In this document: positions 12,286-25,839 of the stretch, one piece after another
Numbering within the stretch: the stretch's first letter is position 1
How the letters are laid out: every line of letters begins with the position of its first letter
Assembly: GCF_009914755.1 (NCBI RefSeq)
Contig: NC_060937.1
Strand: one strand, 5' to 3'
DNA length: 64,000 nt
DNA from: the human T2T-CHM13v2.0 reference genome, Homo sapiens
Notes under the pieces: model-generated
What the model was told of the DNA's origin: nothing
The model's database searches: none
Seen by the model: only the letters and a program-made list of their open reading frames with translations
Translations under genes and position numbers: made by a program

Positions 12286-13222
12286 AGAGCTCCCTGGCCT
12301 CAAGGGACGCTGAGAGTCTGGCCTCTCCAGGGATGCTGCCAGGCCACACAGGAAGCTGGAATGTTAAGGAGCTGGTAGGAGACAAGGACAGCCTGCAGCT
12401 AGCTACAGTCACACATGCTCCAGTGCAGAAGCTTCAGTTCCTGGCACCCCTTGAGTGGGCAGCAAAGTTATTTGGTCCCAACCTTCTGATCACACCCACT
12501 TCCATACAGTGTTGAGGCTCTCTCTGGGCCTCAGACCATGGAGGGGCAGTTCCTTGCCTTGCTACAATCTGCCTCCATCGTGGAAGCAGGCTCAGGTTTA
12601 GAGCAGCCACTTCAGAGCAGCTTTTTCTGCAATATTCTTGAAAGTAACTAGCGAGCCACTTGCTGGGCTCAAAAGGATGCATGAAATCATACACATATAA
12701 GACCAACTTTCTTAACTCTAGTTTGCTTTTATGCATTTATTTCTCTCAGTCCTCTGATCATCATCCTGGGTCAAGGTGGTATGATCGAGGCAGAATTACT
12801 CTTCTCCAGGGAGAGTCAGGGAAATGAGTCATTGAGCAGTCCGGTGACTTACCCAATGACCCCAGGCAGGACAGAGCCTGAGTAAGGCTCACATGACATC
12901 TGCCAACCCCTGAATCTAGGTTCCAGCTCCTAGGAGATCTACATTTGGCCCATATACTCGTGGGCTTTTTCCTTTCTTATTTTCCAAAACATAATTAATA
13001 TCTGTTCCATGTTACAAATAAATTCTAAATGTTCAAATGACTGAGAAATTCTGTTTCATTTTTACTTGTGCGTTTGATGTGCATCTGGATGGATGGCACC
13101 GGGCACACTTAAAATAAGGAGAAATAAATAGCTCTGAGATGTGACAGCATATGTATTTGCTCAAGAGTGAATGGCAGAGATCTGCATTTCATTTTTACAG
13201 GATTTCATCAGACATATGGTAA

Positions 13223-13645
<423 letters not shown>

Positions 13646-15517
13646 TGATCTAAGTTTTCAGAGGAATTGCCAGTTTCCAATATGAAACTTAGCCACACCT
13701 GGTGAAAACCAGAGGCTCCAGCTGTCTCCGTTTAACATCTGACCCTTAAAGCAGAGGCAGCAGGCAAAATGATCCATGGATGGAGAGCCCCACATTGCCC
13801 TTCCACTCGGTTTCCCTTCCCCCAACTTTTCACAATCTGTCTATGCCACGGAAGCCAATAGTACTTGTCTCGGGTGGCTAATTGTCTGTTTAGTATCTTT
13901 CCCACCTCCTCATTTTTCCTTTTGGTTTCCTGATTAGGTCTCAGTTGGGTATTTTGCCTGCAGGGCTGCAGAAGCATCTGCAAGGAAAGTGTGCACAGAG
14001 ACAGGAGCACCATAGGAACTTCCTCAACAAACCAGAGATGACACATGCCCTCTCCCACACTGGGAGCCCCCGATGTCAGAAAAGACAGGGTATTTCAGTA
14101 TAGCACAGGGCTTGTCCTGTGCATTAAACTATGTGCACTCAGCAAAAAGAGAGGTGAAGGGAGAGAGGAAGTAGGAAATTTATTTTGTATAAAAGTCTTT
14201 ATCAGACAATCCACATTACTGCATGTGTTATTAATCTTGTATACTCAAGTATTACTGCACAGGCTTATGTACACAAACCACATATACTGCTGTCTACTTT
14301 AGGATAAGATAAGAGGCTTTCACTCTTTGCCTCACATACTGACTTTAGAACCAAATCTCCGAAAAAAGATGCAATCTCCACTTTTTAAGGAAACATAAAT
14401 GGTAATTTAATGATGCTAATTGGTAGAACTGTAAACTAAAGAAATGTTAGCCTGAAGGACCCAGGGTTCAGCTGAATGATGGATGCTAGGTAGCCAAGGG
14501 TCTGGGTCAAAGACATTAAAGAAAGAAGAAAAGGACAAAGGAGTAAGGGGTAGACTGAGAGAAGTTAGTAGGAGCTGGAGCTGAAGTTCTCCTGTTATCC
14601 AAGAAAACAAGGAACTCACCAGGTGTGCATCTTGTCTTGACCCACAGCTAGGGCAGGGCAGTGATGAAAACAAAACGAAACAAACAAACAAAAACCCCTC
14701 ACCCTCTTAGATGGTTTCAGAAGAACACAGCAGTATCTAAGAAGCACATAGACTCTAAAACAGATTTTTCATCTTGTCCCCCTCCCGTCCTTCTTGTCAT
14801 CATCATTGTCATCGTCATCGACATTTACTGACTGGCTTCTCAGGTTTGATAGAAGAGACTGTGGGCCAGTATCCAGGATAGAGGTCACTTGGTTTCAAGG
14901 AACTAAGCAGCTCAGAGCAGCTCAAATCACAAAGGGGTTTCTTATGGAGAATTTGGAAGAAGGACAGCCAGGCCTCAGGAGAATGGGGAGCTTGCCAGGC
15001 AGGGAACACTCCCCTCTGTTTCACTGTCTCCTCTCTGGAAACCAGCTTGGTCTACATGGCCAGTCCTAACACGGAGGCCTCCACCACCACATCTATATGA
15101 CCTCCCAACTTTAAACACCACCACCAGTTGAGTCCTGGTCTCTTGTGTCTCTTAGTTGAAATACCTCAAAGAAAGAGTAAGGGGAGGAGAGACAGAATAT
15201 GAGCAGCCCAACTCAGGGTCAGGAAGTATACACCTTCCACCTTGTGAACAGGGCAGAGTCGAGGCCACATGACCACAACAACTACCCCTTCTCCCTCTTC
15301 AGGTGGGAGGAAGTAGAAGTTAACATGGAAGGAAAGTTTGGGTGGGGCAGTACAGTGAGCTAACACCACCACCAAAGCTGGGAGTCCAAGACAAAGGGAT
15401 TTGAAAAGCATCTCCTGAAATGAGTAAGTTGGTACTCTCTACCTACTCAATAATCATAGCTAATATTAATGGACTTATTCCTACATCCTAAGCACTGTGT
15501 AAGTACTAACAGTCACC

Positions 15518-15610
15518 ATAGACTGAGCATCCCAAACCTGAAAATCTGAAATCCTAATGTTCCAGTGAGCATTCCTTTGAGCATCAAGTCAGCACTCAAA
15601 AAAATTTCAG
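15518..15610. mobile_element. Tigger4/MER46-like DNA transposon fragment
   Basis: gactgagcatcccaaacctgaaaatctgaaatcc...gagcattcctttgagcatc. Confidence 0.65.
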
Positions 15611-16329
15611 GTGCAGAGGCTACAGAAGAGTGGAAGGCCGTTCTTGACCTCTGCACCCCTTCATGCATGGAAATTCGTGGGTTCCCTGCCTGCCCTTATT
15701 TCCACAAGAGAAATCGTTGCAGTTTCTTCTATCCTGCTTTATAGCCCTTTAATCATTTCCGTTTGCCTTCCCTGGATTTTTTTCAAACCCCTTCTTGGTC
15801 ACTTCATCTCACTTAAGAGCCTGGGCCACAGAGAATGCAGAGCTCTAAGAGAGGCCTGACAGAGGCTGGACAGGGTGGGTGGATAAGTTTGTGTTCCTGC
15901 ATGTTGGGTGTGCGTTCATGAGTTCCAAAGCCACGACAGCCTTTTTCTTAATAAGAGCAAAATACAACTGACTCACATTTAGCTTGCGTACCACGACGAC
16001 CCCAAGCTCCTTTTCTTCCATACTTGTACATTGCCAGCTCCTTCCTGGCCTGTTTTTATGGCCTTATTTTCATTCCCATATAAATTACCCAGCCCTGTGT
16101 CCATTATGCAGCATCCTGTTTTCTATCACTCGCTTTCATCAACTGGCCAGAAATACTTTCAGTGTTAATCCTCTGTTTTATTTTTTCTTCTCATGCATTT
16201 TGAAGGATTTCTAGAAATAATTAGTTCCAACTAGTTCTTTGCCTTGGTTGGGACTCATGGTTGCCCATTTCATCTTTTAAAAGCTTCAAGGACAGGGTCA
16301 CCACAATTTCTTTCATAAGAGGTGAGTAG

Positions 16330-16810
16330 TACTCAGGAGAGGGAAGTCTATTTTATGCCAAGCACTGAATTCAGTACTTGAAGTACATTTTTTTTCTTGT
16401 ATTTCTTAAAATGTCCTGGTGATATGGGTTTTATCGTTATTGTTTTTCAGGTGAGGAAGTTCTGACAGACTTAAATAACTTGTGTTAAGACCCCAGTGTT
16501 AACAAGAGGTAGGGTAGGAGTTTAAACCCGGTTCTGGCAGCCTCCAAAGTCCACGCTTTTAAATCTTTTCCTACATTTACTTTTTTTCACTGTCAAAACA
16601 TTTCTCTTTCCCAGACTTAGGTTTTACCCTAGCTCTGCCATCAACATGTCATTAGACATGTCAGATAACTCATTTTGCCTCTTTGTGTTAGTTTTCTGAT
16701 CTTGAAAATAAGACTAATAATATTCCTCTCGCCTGCCTCCCAGAGCTGTTATGAAGGATCAATGTAAAAGTATTTCAGAAAGTATGTAACCTAAATAAGT
16801 GCAAATTATT
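16330..16810. mobile_element. Two MIR fragments in opposite orientation (about 16330-16560 minus; about 16610-16810 plus)
   Basis: tttcaggtgaggaag...aaataacttg...tttaaacccgg; cccagacttagg...cagctctgcc...gttagttttctgatc. Confidence 0.6.
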
Positions 16811-16819
16811 ACCATAGTT

Positions 16820-16980
16820 GTTTTTTAAATTTAGAGATGGGGTCTTGCTCTGTCATCCAGGCTGGAGTGCATTGGCATGATCGTAGCTCACTGTAAGCTT
16901 GAACTCCTGGCATTAAGCAATCCTCCCACCTCAGCTTCCCAAAGTGCTGGGATTGCAGGCATGAACCACCATGCCCAACC
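16820..16980 (-). mobile_element. Free Alu monomer (FRAM/FAM-like)
   Basis: Single arm gagatggggtcttgctctgtc...gctgggattgcaggcatgaaccaccatgccc; degenerate TSD attacYatag. Confidence 0.85.
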
Positions 16981-17107
16981 TCATTACTATAGCTGTTATT
17001 ACTAACCTTGTGCATTGTCCACTGGAGGGTTCAGAAGACTCCCTCCTAAGGATGTGAGGCTCCTCATATAGACAAAGAAATTGATACAACTTGCCTAAGA
17101 ACATACT

Positions 17108-17657
17108 ATATCAGTTCGGATGTTTTCAGCCAATGGTAACAGAACCCTGACTCAACTGCTACAAGCAACAAAGGACTTATTCATCTAGTCAGAAGTTCCA
17201 AGGAAGGACAGCTCCAAGGTTACTTAATCCATGGGCTTCTAGATCTCCTAGGTGAGCAAAGCTCCTGTCTTTCAGCTCTGCCCCCCTCTACTCAACAGTT
17301 TGGCTTGTATTGAAGGTAGCTCATTTCATGGAAGCAAGATACTAGCCTCCTGCCTCACATACAAACACTTACATCCAGGAAAAGAGGCTGAAGCTGCCTC
17401 CCTCTTCCTCCTGGCAATCTCTTCTTATAAGGAAAATGCTTTCCCAGGTGCCCCTATGCCCCAGCAAACATTCCTTCTCATGTCACTGGGCAAAATTGCA
17501 CCACAGGCTCTTGCCTAAACCAGTGCCTGGAAAGGACATGGAATGACCAGCCACACAGCAGTGTGGAGGAGGGTGGATTCTCCAAGTAAAGCCAGGGTTC
17601 TGTTCCAAGGATGAAAGGGAGGATAGCCACTGCTAAGCAACCAACAATATCTGCTCT
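17108..17657 (-). mobile_element. Old MaLR LTR (MLT1J/K/L-like)
   Basis: tatcagttcggatgttttcagc...taacagaaccctgactcaac...tcatgtcactggg...cctaaaccagt...gggttctgtt. Confidence 0.6.
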
Positions 17658-20462
17658 AGAAAAAGAATTAAATCAATTAGCTATGATTGACTGTAGTCCT
17701 GCCAAGTCTCAGAAGGTCTCTAAAAGAGAAAAGAGCACAATATTCTCTCCCCCTCCCCACCCTTCACTTCCTTTTCATTTCAACCCAGTTCTAGTTTAAA
17801 GTATTACATTTCATTTCAGTTCACATTCACAGACTTAAAGATCCTTCTTTTGCCTCCCTGGGTCTCTCACTTTCTCTTTATTTTGGATACAACTTGTACT
17901 AATCAATTCCAGAATGCTGAAGGGCTGATTTACATTTTCTTGTCCAGGCTTTCCCAAGTGAGACTGAGAGGACTCTAGAATGGGAAGGCTCTTCAAGTGG
18001 CCTTAATTAAGTGAAGCTGTTAAGTTCCTCTGTGTCTCCTTTCTAAATCACATCGCCCTCATCAAGGCAAGTATCTGCAACTTTGCTGCCTTTATTACCT
18101 TCCCAACAGGTTTAGTCTCCAGTGAACAATATCTCTCCTATATTCCAGAAAGAGAAGACACTTGTTCTGAATCGGCAGTGTGGAGTCACCGAGTGTGCAG
18201 GCATTTCTAGATTTAGTTCAGTGGTCTGTGAATCACAGTGACTGGTACGTTCCAGGAAAGAAGATCCAGCAGTCCAGATGAGCCTCAAGGTTAATTATGT
18301 AAGAACAGGTAATCACCATTCAGGAGTAATTATCAGATTGAACATCCATTGATGCTGAGTCTCAACTCAAGAATATTTTTAGCTTTGGAGTCCACTTGCT
18401 TTTCCTGTCTTTCTCTCCCTCTGTTTACCCTAAAATTAACATTAATCAACATTTGGCTCCCAGCATACTATGCTCCCACCATGTAATTATAACAAGTTTC
18501 CTAATATTTTTTGTTGTTTGACCTTAAATCTTCAGCTTCTATCTCTGAGCCAAGGTCAGCATTTGCAGCAGTGAATTAATGAGGCTCTGGGGGGCCATGG
18601 ATACTGCAAGAGGGCCCCCCAATACTATGTGGGGGAGATCACCATATCCCACACTTACAGCAACAGTCTTCCAAGGAAGCCTAGAGGAATATATTTAGGC
18701 TTTGTGTTATGAAGAAATTATATGGCACAAAACCAGTGATATTTTGATTATTGCCACTTAGAGACCACCAAAATAGTTATAAGCAGAGACAGATGAGCTC
18801 GGATAGCCAGTCATTCTGTAAACATTTTAAAAACCACACAAAAACCTCAAACTTGATGCCATTCCTTGGCTTTCTGATGCTAATTCTTGTGACCATGATT
18901 AGGAGTCTCAAAACACTAGTAAGAAAACTCCTCTTCCTCATTCTCTGACCAGGAGAGGAAAATGAGGATATTGTATAACCTCCACCACCGCGTGGTGGAC
19001 GTTATATCTCCTCCTTACACCAAAAGATAAATCCACTAATGATATTGGCTCCAAAGGGGTACAAGAATTATGAAAATGGCAATCAAGCAGTTTCTCTGTA
19101 ATCAAAAATGGAAACTCGTAGAGCTTATTAGCAGGTTCAGCACTGTAAAGGAGAGATAAGCTGCTAAGCTCCCTTCTGGACATCTGGAAATTACCTGTAA
19201 ATTTGTAAAGTTGAAGGTGTTTTCAAAACACCTTCCACATTTATTTCATTTGAGCCTCAAAACCTTTGAGATAGACAGGACAGAATCTCTTTTTTCAAAA
19301 TTAATGAAATTGAGTCAAAGAGGTTAAGCGACTTACCCAAGACCAATGTGGGGTAACTGTATGGATCACTTTGCCCTTGGTAATCCCTGTTTCCATATTT
19401 TCTTGCATAGTAACTATTAAAGTTTGACTCTCAAGAGTGTCTTAAAAAGGTAAAGTGTATTGTCTCCCTAACCACAGGTCAAAAGCAGAACCTAGTCCTA
19501 TAATAACTCTTGGTCCAAGGTTGTTATGGCCACACCTCCAACATGGTCACTGAAACACCAGTCAGCCAACAAAATGAGCCGCTTCCTCTGGCTCCCCCAT
19601 GGATTATAGCAAGTGACAAATCAAGTGAAACTCACCTGAGAAAGAAGGACCTCTTGCTGGCAATGGTGGTAGCGCCAAAGGTGACTTTCTCTTGACTCAC
19701 TGTGGCTGACTCAATACTGCCACAGCAACCAGACTTGCCCAAGGTTCCAAATGTCAAGCGCTACTTAAAAATACCCAGCACTCATCACTTCTGGCTGCAC
19801 TGATCTACCCAAAATGACCACTCTACCCTTCAACTTCCCTGATCCCAGGCCAGTTATTCATTTCAGTGCTAAATTTACCTCCTGTTCACACCAACCTTAT
19901 AGTCTCTTAAATAAGAAAATAGGAAATTGATGTTCTGATTCTGAGGAGACTGAAAAATTCATATACATATTAGACAAAAAAATAAAAAAAACTCTTGTTA
20001 ATCTTAGAGTCTGGAGGTAGAAGCACTAGTTTCGGTAAATGAAAGTCATAAGATCCTTATTTTAAGATGTGACTTTGCCCACACTGGGAGAGACTAGCTA
20101 TACCTTTTACTTTTCTTTCCTATTAAAGGAAGATATAAATAATGCGAGCTCTCAGGACGGAAGGAACCAGAGAAACTCAATGCTTAGTTTGAAAGACTTA
20201 ATTTCATGGGCTGGCTTATCCTTTTTTTTTTTTTTCCTGCATTCTTCCATTAATTTTAACTGGTTTTCTCTCCAGGAGGAATGTTCTTAGAAGAAACCAC
20301 AGAGATGAATCCTCTCCTGCTCCCAATGGTGTCTCTTACTCTAAATGTGTGTATTTGAGGGCCATTTTCCTATTGAGCATTTGAAAATGTGCTTGTGAAT
20401 AAGTAATTGACTTTTTTATGGAATGATTTGGGGCATTATCCCCATTTTGTTTTGTTGTGGTG

Positions 20463-20710
20463 GTTTTAACTTTTATTTTGGGTCCAGGGTATGTGTGCAG
20501 GTTTGCTATACAGGTAAGCTTATGTCACGGGGGTTTGTTGTGCAGACTATTTCGTCACTGGGGTACTAAACCCAGGGTACTAACCCCAGTACCCAATAAT
20601 TCTTTTTCCTGATCCTGTCCCTCCTCCCACCCTCCACCCCCTAGTAGGCCCCGGTGTGTGTTACTCTCCTCTTTGTGACATGCGTTCTCATCGCTCAGCC
20701 TCCACTGTTA
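20463..20710 (-). mobile_element. Older L1PA/L1PB 3' end fragment
   Basis: ttttaacttttattttgggtccagggtatgtgtgcaggtttg...cctcctcccaccctccaccc...gtaggccccggtgtgtg. Confidence 0.85.
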
Positions 20711-20744
20711 CCTCCATTTTGAAGACTCCTGTAACTTTGTCACC

Positions 20745-21430
20745 CCTCCAGAGGGGGAGCTGCGCGGGGTGAGGGGCTCGGCCACACCCGTGCTGTACCT
20801 CCTCGGTCTCCGCGGCTCTTCCTGCCGCGGCCGCGCCCCTTCTCCCGCAGCCGCCCGGGAGGCTCCCTCACTGCTTAGCAACTCCTCCTTGTGACCTGGG
20901 CGACACTCAAGACAGAGGCAAACAAGCCTTGGCGTGCCCTTCGCTCCGAAAAACGGAGGAAGCCGCCGAAAGCCCAGGCTCAACCCTGCACCTCAGAGCC
21001 GCCCGAGGGCCACTGCCACGGGGGCAGCCTGGATGGAGGGCGGTCATAGTCCGTCCGTGTAGGGAGCGCAGCCCCCGGTAAGGAGAGCGGGGGTTTAATC
21101 TCAGGGCTGCCACTTAGAAACCCTGGCGACCCAGGTCAAACTTCCCATTCTCCCTGGGGCTCAGTTCTCTCCTGAGGGAACAGCCAGAGACAGTCCAGGA
21201 CCACCTTTGCCCACGGCTGTCACTCACACTCATCCCAGCCCAGGCCGCTGCAGATGCTGTGCACACCTGGACTCCATCCTTGCGGCCACCTCGCACAGTG
21301 GACGTTATTCTCCCCACTTGACACACGAGGTGACATTAAGTCACCCCACTCCCAAGGCCACACAGCACAGGGAGAGCTGGCACTTGGGTTTGACCGTAAG
21401 TCTCGCGGGCTCTGTGGGTTAGAACACATT
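20745..21430. promoter_or_regulatory. CpG-island-like segment (orphan CGI; candidate promoter/enhancer)
   Basis: Sharp local rise in GC and CpG (gccgcggccgcgcccc, cgcagccgcccggga, gccgcccgaggg) against a CpG-depleted background; GC boxes present. Confidence 0.7.
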
Positions 21431-23699
21431 GCCTCCCCTCTGAGGGCTGCTGGAGGAGCAATAAAATAAGACAGGGTGACAGGCTTCGGAAACTGTCCTC
21501 CTGGTCTGAGCTGTCTTTGGTAACCCACCTCTCTGTCCCCCACATCCCCTGGGTTCGCAGGCACCTCACAGAGTAGACACCGAGGTGGGGACATTTGTTC
21601 TGTGCCCTCGTGCAATGCCACCGTCAGACACTCTGCAAAGTCAGTGAAGGGAAATGAAGCCAGAAAACTCTGTGCCAGGAATTCTTTGAGAATAATTATC
21701 TCTCGGGTCAGTCAGAGATGCCAGCCAGCCAACCGCTCCTGCACAGATGTCACTGATTCCTCAGGGTCTGTCTCCCAGTCCTTTGTTCTAGCTGAGCCAA
21801 GCAAACACACCCCCACCCAGTCACTTTCCCTCTTCTCTACCTTATCCCTTATTATCTCAATTACCATCCCCAAAGAGGCCCCGCAAATGAAGATGGGTTT
21901 GGAACCGCAATGGTCAACATCATGCTTAATAATAACAATTATATGATTATATATCTCTGCTATAATAACATGTAATTACCCAATAATTACTATTAAACAG
22001 TGCAGCGGTGACCACCGAGGTCCCAAAACCCTTTAATTATTGTTATCGCTGATCATGAAGCAGAGGATCATTCTCTAACATTGTTTCTGTGTATCACAGG
22101 CACTTCTCTTCGGAAATTCTAGAGCTTCTATTTATTTATGTTTTCACTCTTGAGCTGAGGTCTCACAGGGAGACAGAAACCTTAAACTTAGGCCATCTCC
22201 CAGTGCCTTAAGCATGTGACATGCAAATCTTCTAAGGATTTACTTTCTCCCTCATCTCCAAGTCCACACGATATCTGGAGAAGCTCTTCATCTGTGGCGA
22301 TTGATGGGGAAAATCTCACATCAAAATAGCTAGAATGAAATGATGGCCCCAACTTCTTCCCAAACTGCTTTAAGACACTCAGAAAACAAATAAATAGTGA
22401 TAACTCTTGGGTAGAATTAAACAAAGTTCTCAGTTATACTGACTTTAGAGTCTTTGACAGTTTGGTTTCTCTAATCCGATACTTGCCCTCCCATGGAGTC
22501 AAACACTGAATTTCATCTATTTGTTTTTTGTTTTTTTTGCAGGATCCCACCTTTGAGATATATTTTTGGGGGGCTTATAGGTGAAGAGGGAAGTACAACA
22601 GTATCAGAATTTCTTTCTGAAAACTTTTTATGTTAAACGGATATAAGAAAAGTGAATTCTTTGGTTAAAAACTATTCAGAATTCCAAGCTCCATCTTTCC
22701 CCTTTTTTCCAGACTGCAAGTGGATCTCCAGAAAATTTAATTAGGGGTCTATAAGCTAAGGAAAGATTTCTCTTTTCTGGTTTGAAACTCATACCCTTTT
22801 ATTCCTAAGGGATATCTGATTCATAAGCAGTAGTATGGGCTAAAAATCAGCCCCCTGTCTATGGGCTAAGAGATTTCTAGCTTGGGGACCAAGGTATATG
22901 AGAATAATGTGAATGTACTTCCTTCAAATTAAACAATTACATTCATCATAAGATTATTTTTTAAAAAGGAGACAGAGAAAGCAAATTACTTTCCTAATTC
23001 ATCATGGTAACACATTGAAAACAAATGCTTTTCCAGCTTAATCTACCAGCTACCATTAAGTGGCTAATCCTTTTAGATAATAATCTAAATTATCCCCCAA
23101 ACCTGAGGGAATACTATATGCAGGTGAGAGAATGCAGAATATAAAATAGTTTTTGAGGTCTTCACAGCACTCTGTTAGTTACTCCTGGAAGAAGACTCTG
23201 TTAGTACAAAACGTAATTAATGGCAATTGCCTGAGGGTTCTGTGTGAGACTCACTACGCCTACTTTATGCCAAAGGATAAATCATGGAGATGAGTAGCTC
23301 TTTCCTTTCTTGTGTTCCGTGTTCGTACCACCCCTCTTCTCTGTCACTAAGTCAACCTGTGCCTTACAGGTTGGACATGACACAGAACCCATTCAGTTTA
23401 TCCCAGTGGGTGACTGAGGAAGCTCTTTCTGCCCATCTTAGTGCCCACTGGGCAGCTGAGCTTGCCGGGTCCAAACTCAAGCCTCAGTATCAAGCCTCTG
23501 TCTTGGGTTTGGGGTTAGAATATTCCAAGCCCCACAGCAAACGAAGGCAGACTCCTGCTCAAAACTTTTTGATGGATTTCCAGTGCATGGAGGAGGGAAC
23601 CAGAACGGACCTCAGCATAGAAGGCCCCCTAAGAACAGTCTCTCCAGTTTCAGCAAACAGAGCACTCTTAACTCCAATCATGATATCCACCAACACCAG

Positions 23700-24060
23700 C
23701 TTCCAAGCTCTCTCTGCTTTTGCATCTTGCCATACCCCTAGAGCGTTCTTATCTCCTTAACTCTTTGTCCAGCTAGCTCCCCCTCATCCTCAGGGTTCCA
23801 ACTGGAAATACATTTCCTTAGAGGCCTGCTGGGACCCATCAATCTGAGGCTGTCCCCAGGTGTGTGTAATTGTGCGCTATGCTTCCTAACACTTTTTAAA
23901 TAAGTTATCATTAAGAGAAGTAAGGACAAACTTTGCTGCCCATCTTTTTTCCACTCAATTGTAAGCTTCATGAGAGGAGAGAGAGAGTTTTGTTCACCTT
24001 TATTTGCCCAGTGTTGGGTACATAGTAATTTACAAATATCTGTGAATAAATAAGTGAGTT
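23700..24060 (+). mobile_element. L2 3' end
   Basis: aattgtaagcttcatgagagg...ttttgttcacc...cccagtg...tacatagtaa...aaatatctgtgaataaataa. Confidence 0.75.
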
Positions 24061-24748
24061 TAGGAAATGTAATGAAAGGAATATTTAAAGACACATCCTA
24101 AAGCCACCTTAGGAAGTAAGGGAAGAGGAGCTGATGTAGTGGAATAAATAGAGAGCTGGCATAGAGGGATTGAGGTCCAGACCACCTAGTTCCAAAGCAC
24201 AGAACAACATGTCCAGTCTTCATTCCACACACCCAGTACTACTAGAATAACCTGGGAATTTGGCCCAAGGTAGCATCTGAAGAACTGTCCACAAACAGTA
24301 CAATACTCCCAGTACAACACTGGCTTCAAATGTTTAACATTTTGTTCTCAGAAACCATCCAAAGTTCTTAGAAATGCTAATATCCTAGCATCCATACTGC
24401 ATTCTCCAGTATCACTCACACCCAGAGACAGAGACAGAAAACAAAAAAACAGAATCCTTTGCTGAATCATAAATCTGCATTTTTGGTTTAGAAACTATGA
24501 GCACAGAGCTTACATGTGTGCCAACCTCAAAAGTTAGGGAGATGTTCCAACACAGCCTCCCTTCCCTCAGTAACCTACTGCAAGGATGTAATTTACTATT
24601 TTATTTATAGCACTTTTGTAACTATATTTTTAATATCTATTTAGAAATGATGAGTTTCATAAGTTTACTACCTGCTGTATGAAGTTGTAATTTTACAAAC
24701 TCCTCCAAAACCCTTGTTCTCTAATGTTTTAAGCCACACTGTGCCCCT

Positions 24749-24750
<2 letters not shown>

Positions 24751-24784
<34 letters not shown>
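24751..24784. repeat. (TC)17 microsatellite
   Basis: Read directly from the sequence. Confidence 0.95.
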
Positions 24785-24788
<4 letters not shown>

Positions 24789-24960
24789 TGATAGTGTATT
24801 AGATGGGGAAGGTCCTATTTGTCCTTTCTCCCTGCCTCTCCACTGGTCATCTTAGCACTTTGGCCCACTTGTGTCTGGTAGCTTCTTTATGGCCAGTTCC
24901 TTTCTCAATGGACTTGCTTTATAGAGAACCATTCAGAAGAATAAGGTTTCCTTCTCTGCA

Positions 24961-24984
24961 GCCGCCGCCGCCGCTGCTGCTGCT
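24961..24984. repeat. Compound (GCC)4(GCT)4 trinucleotide repeat
   Basis: gccgccgccgccgctgctgctgct. Confidence 0.9.
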
Positions 24985-25132
24985 GTTTAAAGGGTGACCC
25001 GCACCAGCAGTAGCACTCTGGGCTCATTAGGAAAGCAGAATTCCAGTCCCCACCCTAGATTCTGAATCCGAATCAGCTTAACTAAATAGTAGATGACTTC
25101 TTTGCCATGAAAGTTTAAGGAGCTGCTCTAGA
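24985..25132 (+). mobile_element. MER5A-like hAT MITE
   Basis: accagcagtagc...aagcagaattccagtccccaccctaga...tgaatc...aaagtttaaggagctgctctag. Confidence 0.65.
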
Positions 25133-25166
25133 GAATCTTCATTTCAGTTCTCAAGAGCCTTTGCCA

Positions 25167-25544
<378 letters not shown>

Positions 25545-25839
25545 CTAGCCGGCTGCTACAACCCAGTCTCCTCCTCTCTTGGATTCAAAAGAACTCAAGG
25601 GGTCTCAGAACTCTGAACTCCCAGCAAATGAGGGTTTTGGGGTTCTAATAGTAAATATCAGCTGCTTTATGAATTTAATAAAGTTTTGTGAGCTACCACA
25701 TGATCTTATATGTTAAGAGCATCTCTACCCATATACATATTTGATATGTGTGTATATAATACACACTGCGTCTTACATGATAATTAAGTTCTCACAATAG
25801 TTTATGTGGAACACACACCCCACATCCTGATAATATATA

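Noticed and set aside
20745-20762. CTCF-like motif cctccagagggggagctg
   Set aside because: It has several mismatches to the core consensus and cannot be supported without a PWM scan or ChIP data.
24961-24984. (GCC)4(GCT)4 as a poly-Ala/Pro coding or disease-type repeat
   Set aside because: It is short, abuts a MER5A end, and lies in no supported exon.
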